Positions 20,116 through 29,540 of a DNA stretch of 54,080 nucleotides are shown piece after piece (positions within the stretch are counted from its first letter, which is position 1; each line of letters begins with the position of its first letter). The DNA is taken from the NCBI GenBank assembly GCA_046757525.1, contig JBHHYI010000007.1:1-54080 (forward strand), read 5' to 3'. This DNA comes from a bacterium (GTDB lineage: Bacteria > Zhuqueibacterota > Zhuqueibacteria > Oceanimicrobiales > Oceanimicrobiaceae). The notes below the pieces were generated by a model that worked only from the letters and a program-made list of their open reading frames with translations, was not told the origin of the DNA and made no database searches. The position numbers were made by a program, and so were the translations under genes.

Positions 20116-22617
20116 ATGGATCCAACTCGACTCTGTTTATCTGCAATGGTCTTGCTGGTATTGGGTGGCCAGGAGCTCGCAAATGCACAAACTCCTAACA
20201 ATACTGTGTTGAGCTCGGATCTGAAACATTTTTTTTCGGAAGTAGGCATCAGGATTATCAAACCCGCTGACGCTCTTCAAACGACAAATTCCCGGTCACA
20301 AAAGTGTTATGAAATGTTAGTCAGTGTTTCGGAGCAGAGAAGGCGTGCTTTTCAGCTTCCGCACCTTGTGTGGAAAGAGCCCAGGAAAAGTCTGACCGCG
20401 ACCACACTGATGGCCGATGATTTTGACAGGCATTTTCCCAACAAGAATTGGCAGCTCTTAACGACCCCTGAAAGTACGTCCTGGCGGCAAACCACCAGAG
20501 AAGCTATTTCAGGCAGTTATAGCGTGGGGTGTTTTGCAGGCGATCAAAAAATAAAGGATTCTACCAATGCAAGTTCCTTAAGCTGGTTGATTTCAGGACC
20601 TTATGATTTAAGCCAGACCGATTATGCCGCGTTAGATTTTTATGCCTCGGTCCAAACTCCACTAAATTCCGATGTCTTTTTTTGGGGCGTGTCCGTTAAC
20701 GGCTCCGACTATTGCGGCATCGGTACCCTTGGGAATTCCCAGGGTTGGCAGTTTGTCCATTTCAGCTTGAAGGAAGTCCCTATTTGGGGCGACATGACTG
20801 GTTCGCCACAAGTTTGGTTGGCTTTGTTTTTTGGTAGTCGCACAAGCGAGATCGACTCGGGGGTTTACGTGGACCAGGTCAGGTTTGTTCAGGGTGCCGA
20901 TTGGCAGAAAGAAACCAGCGCTATCATAGAGGGTACCATCAATCCCAACGCCTACTCCGGCGGCATTGGTCTGGCGCGGCCCGCTTTCGTGGATATCGAC
21001 GCCGACGGTGATTTTGATCTGTTTGTAGGGGAATACGACGGCAATGTTAACTTTTACCGAAATGATGGCACCACGGCCAATCCCGTCTGGACCTTGGCCG
21101 ACTGTAATTATGCGGCCATAGATGTTGGAGAGAATAGCGCCCCGTCTTTTGTTGATTTTGATAAAGACGGAGATCCTGACCTCTTTGTTGGGGATTCTGA
21201 AGGCACGATAAGTTTTTTTCAAAACAATGGCAGCAGAAAAAATGCAGTTTGGAGCTTTGTCGGAAAACTTAAAGATGCCGAGAGTAAGTTGATTGACGTT
21301 GGCACAACCAGCACCCCTGCCTTTGTGGACCTCGATAAAGATGGAGACCTGGACCTCATTATCGGAAACACGGAAGGGCATATCTTGTTTTACCGAAATG
21401 AATCTCGGGGCAACAAGATGTTCGGGGGGTTCAGTACGAAACCCTACCTTGGCATGGATGTTGGTGATTTGAGCGCTCCCACTTTTGCGGATATCGATGG
21501 AGATGGGAATGAGGACCTGTTTATCGGCACTCGTGACAGGACTATGGTCTTTTACAAAAACACGAGCACGTCGGGTCAACCAGACTTTTCACTTGGCTCG
21601 ACAAACTTTGATTCCATCAAAGTAGGACGAGTCACTGCGCCGGCGTTTGCCGATATCGATGGCGACGGCGATTTAGACCTTTGCATCGGGCAAGCGGATG
21701 GAGAAGTAACTTTTTTTGTAAACAAAGGAAACAAGACGCAGTGGAAATTCAAGCCATCCTCTGGCGCATTGGGTCATCAACCCTTTGATGTGGGGTTCAG
21801 AAGCGCCCCTGCGCTCGTGGACATTGATGATGATGGCGATCTGGATTTGATAGTCGGATCGGGATTTACCGGGGAAATTTATTTTTATGAAAACAGGGGC
21901 AATGCTGAATCCCCAAAATGGCACCTGGTGGGCAAGCATTTTGGCGAGATGTCGGTGAAAGCCTGGAACACCCCCGCTTTTGTCGACATCAATGCTGACG
22001 GCGATCTCGATTTGTTTAGTGGTCCCAAAGCTGGAAAGATTTCCTTTTTCCGCAATGAGGGTGACAAGTCAAGGCCCAAATGGATTTTGGTTTCGGATTA
22101 TTACGATTCGTTGTTGGTGGAGGGACAGTCGTATCTTACATTTGCCGATATCGATCATGATGGGGATTTCGATCTTTTTATCGGTGCGGATACTCACGGA
22201 ATATCATTTTATGAGAATGTAGGAACCTCCCGGAAACCGAAATGGAAGCTGGTCACAAACGATTTTATAAACCTTGACTATATTTATCATTCAACGCCCG
22301 TATTTGTAGATATGGACAGAGACGGCGATTTGGATTTTTTTGCCGGCTCACATGACGGGACCATTATTTTTTGTCAAAACGTCGGAGATCCAAAGCACCC
22401 GGATTTTAAATTAATTACAACCAAATACAATAATATTGACGTGCGATATTTCAGCGTCCCGGCCTTTGGAGATATCGACAACGACGGGGATCTGGATCTG
22501 TTTTTAGGAAACAATAGCGGGGGCTTAAACTTTTGGCGTAATTTATCCAACGATCCCACTTACATTGATAAGCAGGCGGATCTAATAAAAAAATCGAGCC
22601 GAAAAGTAAAGTTATAG
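20116..22617 (+). CDS. Secreted FG-GAP/VCBS repeat protein
   Basis: Signal peptide; beta-sandwich-like N-region; 10 P-x-F-x-D-x-D-x-DGDxDL-type repeats. Confidence 0.88.
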   Translation: MDPTRLCLSAMVLLVLGGQELANAQTPNNTVLSSDLKHFFSEVGIRIIKPADALQTTNSRSQKCYEMLVSVSEQRRRAFQLPHLVWKEPRKSLTATTLMADDFDRHFPNKNWQLLTTPESTSWRQTTREAISGSYSVGCFAGDQKIKDSTNASSLSWLISGPYDLSQTDYAALDFYASVQTPLNSDVFFWGVSVNGSDYCGIGTLGNSQGWQFVHFSLKEVPIWGDMTGSPQVWLALFFGSRTSEIDSGVYVDQVRFVQGADWQKETSAIIEGTINPNAYSGGIGLARPAFVDIDADGDFDLFVGEYDGNVNFYRNDGTTANPVWTLADCNYAAIDVGENSAPSFVDFDKDGDPDLFVGDSEGTISFFQNNGSRKNAVWSFVGKLKDAESKLIDVGTTSTPAFVDLDKDGDLDLIIGNTEGHILFYRNESRGNKMFGGFSTKPYLGMDVGDLSAPTFADIDGDGNEDLFIGTRDRTMVFYKNTSTSGQPDFSLGSTNFDSIKVGRVTAPAFADIDGDGDLDLCIGQADGEVTFFVNKGNKTQWKFKPSSGALGHQPFDVGFRSAPALVDIDDDGDLDLIVGSGFTGEIYFYENRGNAESPKWHLVGKHFGEMSVKAWNTPAFVDINADGDLDLFSGPKAGKISFFRNEGDKSRPKWILVSDYYDSLLVEGQSYLTFADIDHDGDFDLFIGADTHGISFYENVGTSRKPKWKLVTNDFINLDYIYHSTPVFVDMDRDGDLDFFAGSHDGTIIFCQNVGDPKHPDFKLITTKYNNIDVRYFSVPAFGDIDNDGDLDLFLGNNSGGLNFWRNLSNDPTYIDKQADLIKKSSRKVKL

Positions 22618-22693
22618 TAATACCTCTATCTCCGTGAGGGAAACCTCTTTTTGAACTTAACAGACTGTATGAGAAGTGCGACTGTGTTGCGCT

Positions 22694-22784
22694 TGTCATT
22701 CTTCGCCAAAGCGGAAAAGGTGGTAGGAATCTTTTTGGTTGGACGTAAGATTCTGTTTATTAAAAAGATGCTTCCAGAATGACA
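22694..22784. repeat. TGTCATTC...GAATGACA palindromic repeat with an inserted hairpin
   Basis: Arms match the 1-43 and 36193-36263 family; TTCGCCAAAGCGGA hairpin interrupts the left arm. Confidence 0.7.
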
Positions 22785-23060
22785 TCAAGGCGTCGCTGAG
22801 CTAAGGAACCGTCTCGATTGTACTTTTCACACTGTAAACTTGGGGACGAGTACGGTTAGTTATCCCACCATAACTGAGGTTTTAGAAATTATAATATACG
22901 GTATTTATTTAAGTCAGGAGCCTAATCCGATTTGAATAATCAAAACATGCAAAGCTCTCTATCAAAATTCATAAGGAATCGTGATCATTAAATTTCAATT
23001 TCATGGGACAATCTCTTCTATATTAGGTTTTAACTCCACTATAAAATAAGGCGTTGTCTC

Positions 23061-24767
23061 ATGAATTCTAAAAACCGTTTCAACTGGTCATTCATATTAT
23101 TGATTGTCATAATAATGTGTTTTTTGATTCATTCTGAAACCACCATTTGCCTGGCACAATCTCAGTTAACCGTTGAACAATTAATCAATGATCTGGCCTG
23201 CGCTTCTTGCCATCCAGGATTCACTATTGCGAGTGAAATCCGCGAGAAGACTCCAGACTTGAGTCACGCTGGTTTACGGTATAATCCCGCTTATCTTTTT
23301 GATTATTTACAAAATCCAACCAAAGTTCGGCAGCACATTGGATATTCCCGCATGCCAAATTTTAATTTTAGGGAGAAAGAGAGCTTAGCGTTGGTGCTTT
23401 TCTTAGAAACGCAATCATACGTTGATGACAAATGGCCTGATTTCCCTTCTGGGTTAGATTCAGGCAAGCATAAAGACCGGGCGGCGAAAGCGGTTTTGAT
23501 TGACAGCTTAGAGTGTGTTAAATGCCATGAGCTGGAAGGAAATGGGAAGAATACCAGTACTGATTTGACCACAGTGGGATACCGTTTGAATCGCCAATGG
23601 TTGGGAGAATACCTGGTTGCGCCGTACGTATTTGATGGGCCAAACACGAAGATGCCAAGCTATTTTTATCAGTTAGCCTCAAGAAAAGGCAAGTTCATCC
23701 AGATGTTACCGCAGGCGGCGGAAACCATCAAGATTTTAGTAACCTATTTGTTTTCACTGAACAAAGATAAACAAATACAATTACAACGCGCCTACGAAAA
23801 GGCGAAAAAAGCCTATCCGGATGTGAATGCAGCGATGGGGAAAAAAATCTTTCTATCGCAAAATTGTGTAGCCTGCCATAAGCATGCCTTGATTAAACCC
23901 TGGCAAGAATATATTGCACCCGATTTGAGCATAGAAGGTGCACGAGTCAAAAGGGAATGGTTAACAGCCTATCTTCAGAAACCAAGCCCTATCAGGCCTT
24001 TTGGCTTTTACCCGGGCTCGGGCAGCCGCATGCCGGATTTTGGGCTTTCGGATGAAGAGGTCGACTTGCTTCGCGACTATTTATCAAAACAAACGCGAGC
24101 ATCTAACTCTAACGCACAGATTTTCAAAGAGAAAAAATTATCCGCATTCTCAATGCAAAAGGCGAGGAGAATCTTACGAACCAAGTTGTCCTGTTTGGGC
24201 TGCCATCAACTACGCGATGAGGGCGGCAGGATTGGCCCCAATTTATCAGGCCTTAAGTCCAGATTGCAGCCCGCCTTTGTCTATCAATTCATTCAAGGTC
24301 CGAAAGAGATTTTGCGGGAAACGATTATGCCCAAAACTATCATGCCCTCAAAAAACCTGGAACTTATCGTTAACTTTCTTTTGCAGCAAGAAGATTCAAC
24401 AAGTGATTCAAATTACTTATCGCTCACGGATAATCCCCTGCATTTTTACCAGGGGCCAGAACAGAGTTTTAGTTTGTATGTGAAATATTGCGCTTCATGC
24501 CACGGAGTTGATGGTGATGGAAATGGATACAATGCAAAATATTTACCTACCGCACCAACTAACTACTCAGATAGAACTTATATGTCGACGCGATCTGATG
24601 ATACTTTGTTTGATGGGATTTTTGCCGGGGGGTATATTCTCAACAAGAGTCACCTTATGCCCCCGTGGGGCCATACATTGGAACGTTCAGAGATTCGACA
24701 ATTAGTGGCTGTCTTAAGACGCTTTTGCCAGTGTCAGGGTCCGGAGTGGTCAAGGGATAATAATTAA
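23061..24767 (+). CDS. Periplasmic multidomain cytochrome c, 5 hemes
   Basis: CASCH, CVKCH, CVACH, CLGCH, CASCH, each with a distal MP motif; signal peptide. Confidence 0.9.
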   Translation: MNSKNRFNWSFILLIVIIMCFLIHSETTICLAQSQLTVEQLINDLACASCHPGFTIASEIREKTPDLSHAGLRYNPAYLFDYLQNPTKVRQHIGYSRMPNFNFREKESLALVLFLETQSYVDDKWPDFPSGLDSGKHKDRAAKAVLIDSLECVKCHELEGNGKNTSTDLTTVGYRLNRQWLGEYLVAPYVFDGPNTKMPSYFYQLASRKGKFIQMLPQAAETIKILVTYLFSLNKDKQIQLQRAYEKAKKAYPDVNAAMGKKIFLSQNCVACHKHALIKPWQEYIAPDLSIEGARVKREWLTAYLQKPSPIRPFGFYPGSGSRMPDFGLSDEEVDLLRDYLSKQTRASNSNAQIFKEKKLSAFSMQKARRILRTKLSCLGCHQLRDEGGRIGPNLSGLKSRLQPAFVYQFIQGPKEILRETIMPKTIMPSKNLELIVNFLLQQEDSTSDSNYLSLTDNPLHFYQGPEQSFSLYVKYCASCHGVDGDGNGYNAKYLPTAPTNYSDRTYMSTRSDDTLFDGIFAGGYILNKSHLMPPWGHTLERSEIRQLVAVLRRFCQCQGPEWSRDNN

Positions 24768-24914
24768 TTGAGAAGCACAAGTCCTCACCAGCGACTTGCC
24801 AATGAAATTTGTCTTCTCCTTAACACGCTTCTCTATGTAACGACACTTTCAGACCCCATCCGGGCAAAAAATACCGCAATTTTAGAATTTAATTTTTAGC
24901 TGTAACAATGAACA

Positions 24915-24976
24915 GCTCGTGCACATTTTGGTTCGAAGGGGAGCGAGCCGAAGTGTGTTCGGGCGTTTTTTGTTTT
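24915..24976 (+). terminator. Long G-U-rich hairpin with U tract (terminator or attenuator)
   Basis: 20 of 21 positions pair on the + strand RNA (5 G-U), followed by GTTTTTTGTTTT. Confidence 0.65.
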
Positions 24977-25045
24977 GGGGAGAGCAGCACTTATATTATT
25001 TTAGAAATGAGAAAATCTACAAAGTAATTATTCTGGAAATAAAAG

Positions 25046-26368
25046 ATGAAGTCGCTTTATAAATTAGTCCTTACTGTTACCATAACGATGTTACTTTTTA
25101 TTTTTTTAAGCTGTGGCGGCGACAACGTGACCGGGCCCCAAGTTCCAACCATTGAACTTCAAGCCATGCGGGTAGAAGCCATTGAAGTTGCTTTGAGGGT
25201 AAGCTTAACCGACACCCTGGTGCCCCGCACTTTTGAGATCAGACGGGATGGCGCCACTATCTTTGCTGGCCAAATGCGTGGCACCGAGACCACCGTCGTG
25301 GATACCACCGTGCTGCCAGCCCAGAGTTATCTTTACCGCGCCTTCCGCCTTCAAGAGGGTCAGCCCACCGACTCCAGCAATGTCGTCACGCTAACCACGC
25401 TGGACACCACCTCCCACGACTACACCTGGGAGATCCAGACCATCGGGGTGTTTCAGGCTTCCTTGAGTGATGTGTGGGGGACCTCGCCGACGAATGTTTA
25501 TGCCGTAGGAAGAGTTGAAGTACCACAAGGAGAAACGCAATCGAATATTATTCAATTCGATGGTAATTCTTGGCGGGCTGTAACCGAAGCCGCATTTGAC
25601 ACTGGTTTTGCCTATGGAGAATTTTGGGGAATTTATGGTTTTTCAGAAGATGAGATTTGGGTTGTGGGAACCAACGTACTGCATTGAGATGGTAATAAAT
25701 GGACGCCTTTAGCTTTCACTTTACGCAGGACAAGTCCCACAAGTGCAATAGTTATCACTTTAAATGAACTCCTCAATGGTAATCAATTTACCGCCATCTG
25801 GGGCCCCTCTGCAAGGGATTTGTTTGCCGTGGGTGCCCGTGGGGTGATTGTGCACTACGATGGTGAGCGGTGGACGAAGATGGAGAGTGGGACGGAGCTG
25901 ACGTTTCAAGACGTGTGGGGTAGCTCTTCAACCGATGTTTATGCCGTGGCCATGGACTTTCCAAGTGCACAATGGACGGTAGTGCATTTTAACGGAACCA
26001 CCTGGCAACCCGTAGAGGTCGCTTCCGACCCATTTAATCGTCCTGGAGGTGTCTGGGCGATATCCAAAAACAGCGTCTTCATAGCTAGTGACCATGTGTT
26101 TCGCTTTGATGGCATAAGGTGGCGTCGGCTTGAAGTGCCGAACAAATTATATAACATGGGAGGGGTTCAGGGTTTGGCAATTAATGATGTTTTTGTTGTG
26201 GGTTCTTTTGGCGTCGTATTGCATTGGAACGGGGCCACTTGGAAGCAATACGAAGAACTTTTAAAGCCGGAAGGCGGTAGACTCTTGCGCAGAATATGGA
26301 CAAGTGGGCAGGAAGTGTTTATTGTGGGTTCAAGTCAAACACTGGGAGTTATCTTGCATGGTCGGTAA
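25046..26368 (+). pseudogene. Trp-rich beta-propeller lipoprotein interrupted by one in-frame TGA at 25685-25687
   Basis: Lipobox FLSC; both ORFs share a frame; read-through gives VLH*DGNKW, matching sister repeats VLHWNGATW and IVHYDGERW. Confidence 0.8.
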
Positions 26369-26494
26369 TTCAGAAAGCGTTAGAGAAGATTGGTTTAATC
26401 AATTTAAAGGAGGTGATTCTATTGAGCCCATTATACTTAGCAATTCTTTTAAAATATCTTAAGAAACTCAGATTTTAAACCAAGGAGGTGTGTC

Positions 26495-26920
26495 ATGAAA
26501 TTAAAAATGATGCTTTGTTCTTTATTGGGGGTAACAATTGTGAGTTTAATTTATGGACAAACGGCTACCATTAATAAAGTAGCTTTTCCAAGCTCAAATC
26601 ATCAGGTTGAGACCACCATTGCCATCAATCCCAGCAACAAAAATAACCTGATTGCTGGTGCCATTGTCATTGCTCCAGGTGGCGGTGGGCAACTCGCCTA
26701 TTATTGTTCTTTAGATGGCGGCGATACCTGGGGAGGCAACGAGAACTTTCCCAGCGCTGGCACCCCGGCTGGAGATCATGGCGTGGCGATGGCGGTTAAT
26801 CCAACCGGAACCAACCAACCGCTTTACGTTACCTGGGTAGAAGACTGGGTTAAGGGCGAGGTTGTCAGAGATAATAACTCGACCATATTCAACTCAAACA
26901 ATTTGTTGGTGGACAGATAG
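26495..26920 (+). pseudogene. Probably truncated secreted Asp-box/BNR (sialidase-like) protein
   Basis: Strong SD and signal peptide; ETTIAINP..NLIAG and SLDGGDTW; 141 aa is too short for a full propeller. Confidence 0.55.
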
Positions 26921-26949
26921 ATTTGAATTCTTCTAACAGTTCAGCACCA

Positions 26950-27029
26950 TGTCATTCCTGCATGTTTTCAGCAGGAATCCATTTGAAAAGCCGTTGTGGA
27001 TTCCCGCTCAAAAGATTGCGGGAATGACA
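26950..27029. repeat. Double-hairpin palindromic repeat
   Basis: TGTCATTCCTGC..GCAGGAATCCA - TGGATTCCCGC..GCGGGAATGACA; half copy at 35933-35991. Confidence 0.8.
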
Positions 27030-27208
27030 GACCATGAACCATACAGAATTGGAAATCCCACTGAAAGGCTAAGGAAGTCCATCTGTCAGCCTTCCGTGTT
27101 TTAAAGCTGAAAGCTTTTTGCGATTCCTTTGAGTGTCGATTCATTTTTGTGGGCGGAGTTTTTGGTGTTGTTCACATCGCTAAATTGTTACAAGAAAGCA
27201 AAATGGCC

Positions 27209-27236
27209 TTGACATTTGGCTTTGAAGTTCTAATAT
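27209..27236 (+). promoter_or_regulatory. Sigma-70-type promoter, possibly giving a leaderless mRNA
   Basis: TTGACA-16 nt-TAATAT ending 7 nt before ATG 27244; no SD. Confidence 0.5.
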
Positions 27237-27243
27237 TCTGACT

Positions 27244-29490
27244 ATGGCAAAAAAGAAGCCCAAAAAAGTCAAAAAAAAGAGAACAAAGCGAGCGTCAAAA
27301 GCCATCATTGTTCTGATCCTGGCGGCGGGTATCGTCTTAATCTATTCATACCTACCGTTCTTTAGGAAGTTGGTAGAAAACTTCAATTCAGAAGATCGCA
27401 TCCCCTTTCCTCCTGCGCAAACCGTGTTGAAACCACAAGGACCGACGTTGGACGACTTCGTGGGGTCGGAAGCTTGCGCCGAATGCCATGCCGAGCAATA
27501 CGAATTGTGGAAGACTTCCACTCACGGCCGTGCCGGCGGTAGACCCAGTGCAAAAACCGTCATCAGCGATTTTAGCGGAACCTCCCTTCGTCTCAAAGAC
27601 GCCAGGGTTACGCCCGTTATCAGTAAAAGCGGTGAATTTAAATTCATTGTAGAAGCGCAGGGTTTTCCTAAACAGGAAATCAAGGTGGACGCCATGATCG
27701 GCGGAGGACACATGGAAGGTGGGGGGACACAAAGTTATTTTTCTAAATTACCTGACGGCACCCTGAGGTTTCTTCCTTTTGATTTTATTCGGCAAGAAGG
27801 TCTCTGGTTTTGTCAAGTCAGACACAGCAATAATTGGATTCCAATAAACAAGGACATGTCTTTGTCGGACTTGAGTCAATGGCCGCCATCCAGAATCCTG
27901 GGTGCAGAAAGCAATTTCTCGAATTGCCAGAATTGTCATGGCAGCGAAGTTCAGGTTTATTATGACCTTGATAAGAAACGCTATGAGACACAATACAAGA
28001 GTCTCCGCATCAACTGCGAATCTTGCCACGGGCCCGGCAAGCGACATATTGCGCTGGCAAAATCCGGCAACATGCAGAATAAAACAGACATAGGCATGCA
28101 ATCCTTGTCCACACTGACCAAGGATCAATCACTCGAGGTTTGTTTTCAATGTCATGCCATAAAAGATATGATAGAGGACAACTATCTGCCTGGTAAAGAA
28201 TTGGAATATTACTATTCACTAAAATCTCCTATACTTGCAGAAAACCCCTATTTTGAGGACGGTCGGGTTCGCGCCTTTGCCTACCAACAAAATCATCTGT
28301 TCAGCGACTGCTATCTTAACGGTTCCATGACCTGCGTGGATTGCCACGATCCCCATTCTCAAAAATATCGGGATATCTATGGCAGGCAATTGCAAGGGAA
28401 ATTTGATAACGATCAATGTCTCGACTGCCATGCCAGTAAGGGGGAATCACCTGAACGGCATTCCCATCACAAGCCAAACTCACCCGGCACCTTGTGTACT
28501 TCTTGCCACATGCCGTATTTGCAGCAGCAAAGAGTGGGCACGCGTTTAAGATTTGCTCGTTCTGATCACACGATACCCATTCCCAGGCCGCAATTCGACA
28601 GCCAATTGGGAATCGAAAATGCCTGCAAAAAGTGTCATAACGACAAGAGCATCGCATGGCTGCAAGCAAAAACCGAAGAATGGTATGGTCCACTCAAACC
28701 TCATAAGAAGTTGATAGAAGGTTTGCTGCGAGCACAAAATATTTCAAATAGAAAGACGGCGAGTGAGTGGCTTCTAAATGATTCTATTCGACATCCCATC
28801 GCGCAGGTTACGGGTTTAATTTATTTCATAAAAAAATTCTTAAGGCCGGATATGAAAGATTTGGAGCCAGAGATTGTCGAAAAGCTGAAAGGGCTGAGCA
28901 AAAGCGATGATTGGGATTTGAAAGCTTTGGCGCTGATGAGTCTGCATCTTGCGTGCGATCACCGTGCAAATATCCATTCCTTTTTGTTAGCCAGTTTGCA
29001 AAAGTTAGGAATTGAAGAAGTCCCAATCAGGACGAGATGGGCTTTTGCCGCAGACTACTTAGGTTCAATTTACAGTATGAAAGGCGACTTTGAAAATGCT
29101 ATCGCTTGTTACAAGAAGGCCATTGAGATTAAACCCAATGATCCCGTACCGTTGGTAAATTTAGGTCTCGCCTACAGCAAAGAAGGCGATATTGAAGATG
29201 CAATTGCCGCCTATGAAAAAGCCGTGGAAACCAAGCCATCTTATACAGTGGCTCACACAAGACTGGCTAATCTATATTTACAATTAGGTGATTTTAGTAA
29301 TGCTGTTACTTATTGCAAAAAGGCCATAGAAATTAAACCCATTGATCCTTCTGCACATTTCTTACTGGCTAAATTATATGTTACGATGGGTGAAAAACAA
29401 AAAGCGATTAAGGCGCTCGAGGCAGGTATCAAATACGCTCCATATAATCTAAACGCTAAATTGATTTTGCAACAACTCCAATCGCGTTAA
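27244..29490 (+). CDS. Membrane-anchored multiheme cytochrome c (8 CxxCH) with C-terminal TPRs
   Basis: CAECH, CQNCH, CESCH, CFQCH, CVDCH, CLDCH, CTSCH, CKKCH; Lys-rich N-terminus plus TM; about 4 TPRs. Confidence 0.92.
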   Translation: MAKKKPKKVKKKRTKRASKAIIVLILAAGIVLIYSYLPFFRKLVENFNSEDRIPFPPAQTVLKPQGPTLDDFVGSEACAECHAEQYELWKTSTHGRAGGRPSAKTVISDFSGTSLRLKDARVTPVISKSGEFKFIVEAQGFPKQEIKVDAMIGGGHMEGGGTQSYFSKLPDGTLRFLPFDFIRQEGLWFCQVRHSNNWIPINKDMSLSDLSQWPPSRILGAESNFSNCQNCHGSEVQVYYDLDKKRYETQYKSLRINCESCHGPGKRHIALAKSGNMQNKTDIGMQSLSTLTKDQSLEVCFQCHAIKDMIEDNYLPGKELEYYYSLKSPILAENPYFEDGRVRAFAYQQNHLFSDCYLNGSMTCVDCHDPHSQKYRDIYGRQLQGKFDNDQCLDCHASKGESPERHSHHKPNSPGTLCTSCHMPYLQQQRVGTRLRFARSDHTIPIPRPQFDSQLGIENACKKCHNDKSIAWLQAKTEEWYGPLKPHKKLIEGLLRAQNISNRKTASEWLLNDSIRHPIAQVTGLIYFIKKFLRPDMKDLEPEIVEKLKGLSKSDDWDLKALALMSLHLACDHRANIHSFLLASLQKLGIEEVPIRTRWAFAADYLGSIYSMKGDFENAIACYKKAIEIKPNDPVPLVNLGLAYSKEGDIEDAIAAYEKAVETKPSYTVAHTRLANLYLQLGDFSNAVTYCKKAIEIKPIDPSAHFLLAKLYVTMGEKQKAIKALEAGIKYAPYNLNAKLILQQLQSR

Positions 29491-29540
29491 TGTGATTCCG
29501 CTATTCGAGGCTAAACTTTGATTTGAATTCTGATTTGATA

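Noticed and set aside
9970..21579. Long antisense ORFs (9970-10839, 12611-13213, 18901-19722, 20662-21579)
   Set aside because: Shadows of well-supported plus-strand genes, with no motifs of their own
25685..25687. Genome-wide TGA=Trp recoding, or selenocysteine
   Set aside because: tig, clpP, clpX, engB and mglB end in TGA at expected lengths; the site is an aromatic repeat position, not Cys, and I see no SECIS-like hairpin after it
27244..29490. Hydroxylamine oxidoreductase or octaheme nitrite reductase
   Set aside because: Eight hemes match in number only; no CxxCK motif, and the TPR fusion and heme spacing do not fit those enzymes as I know them
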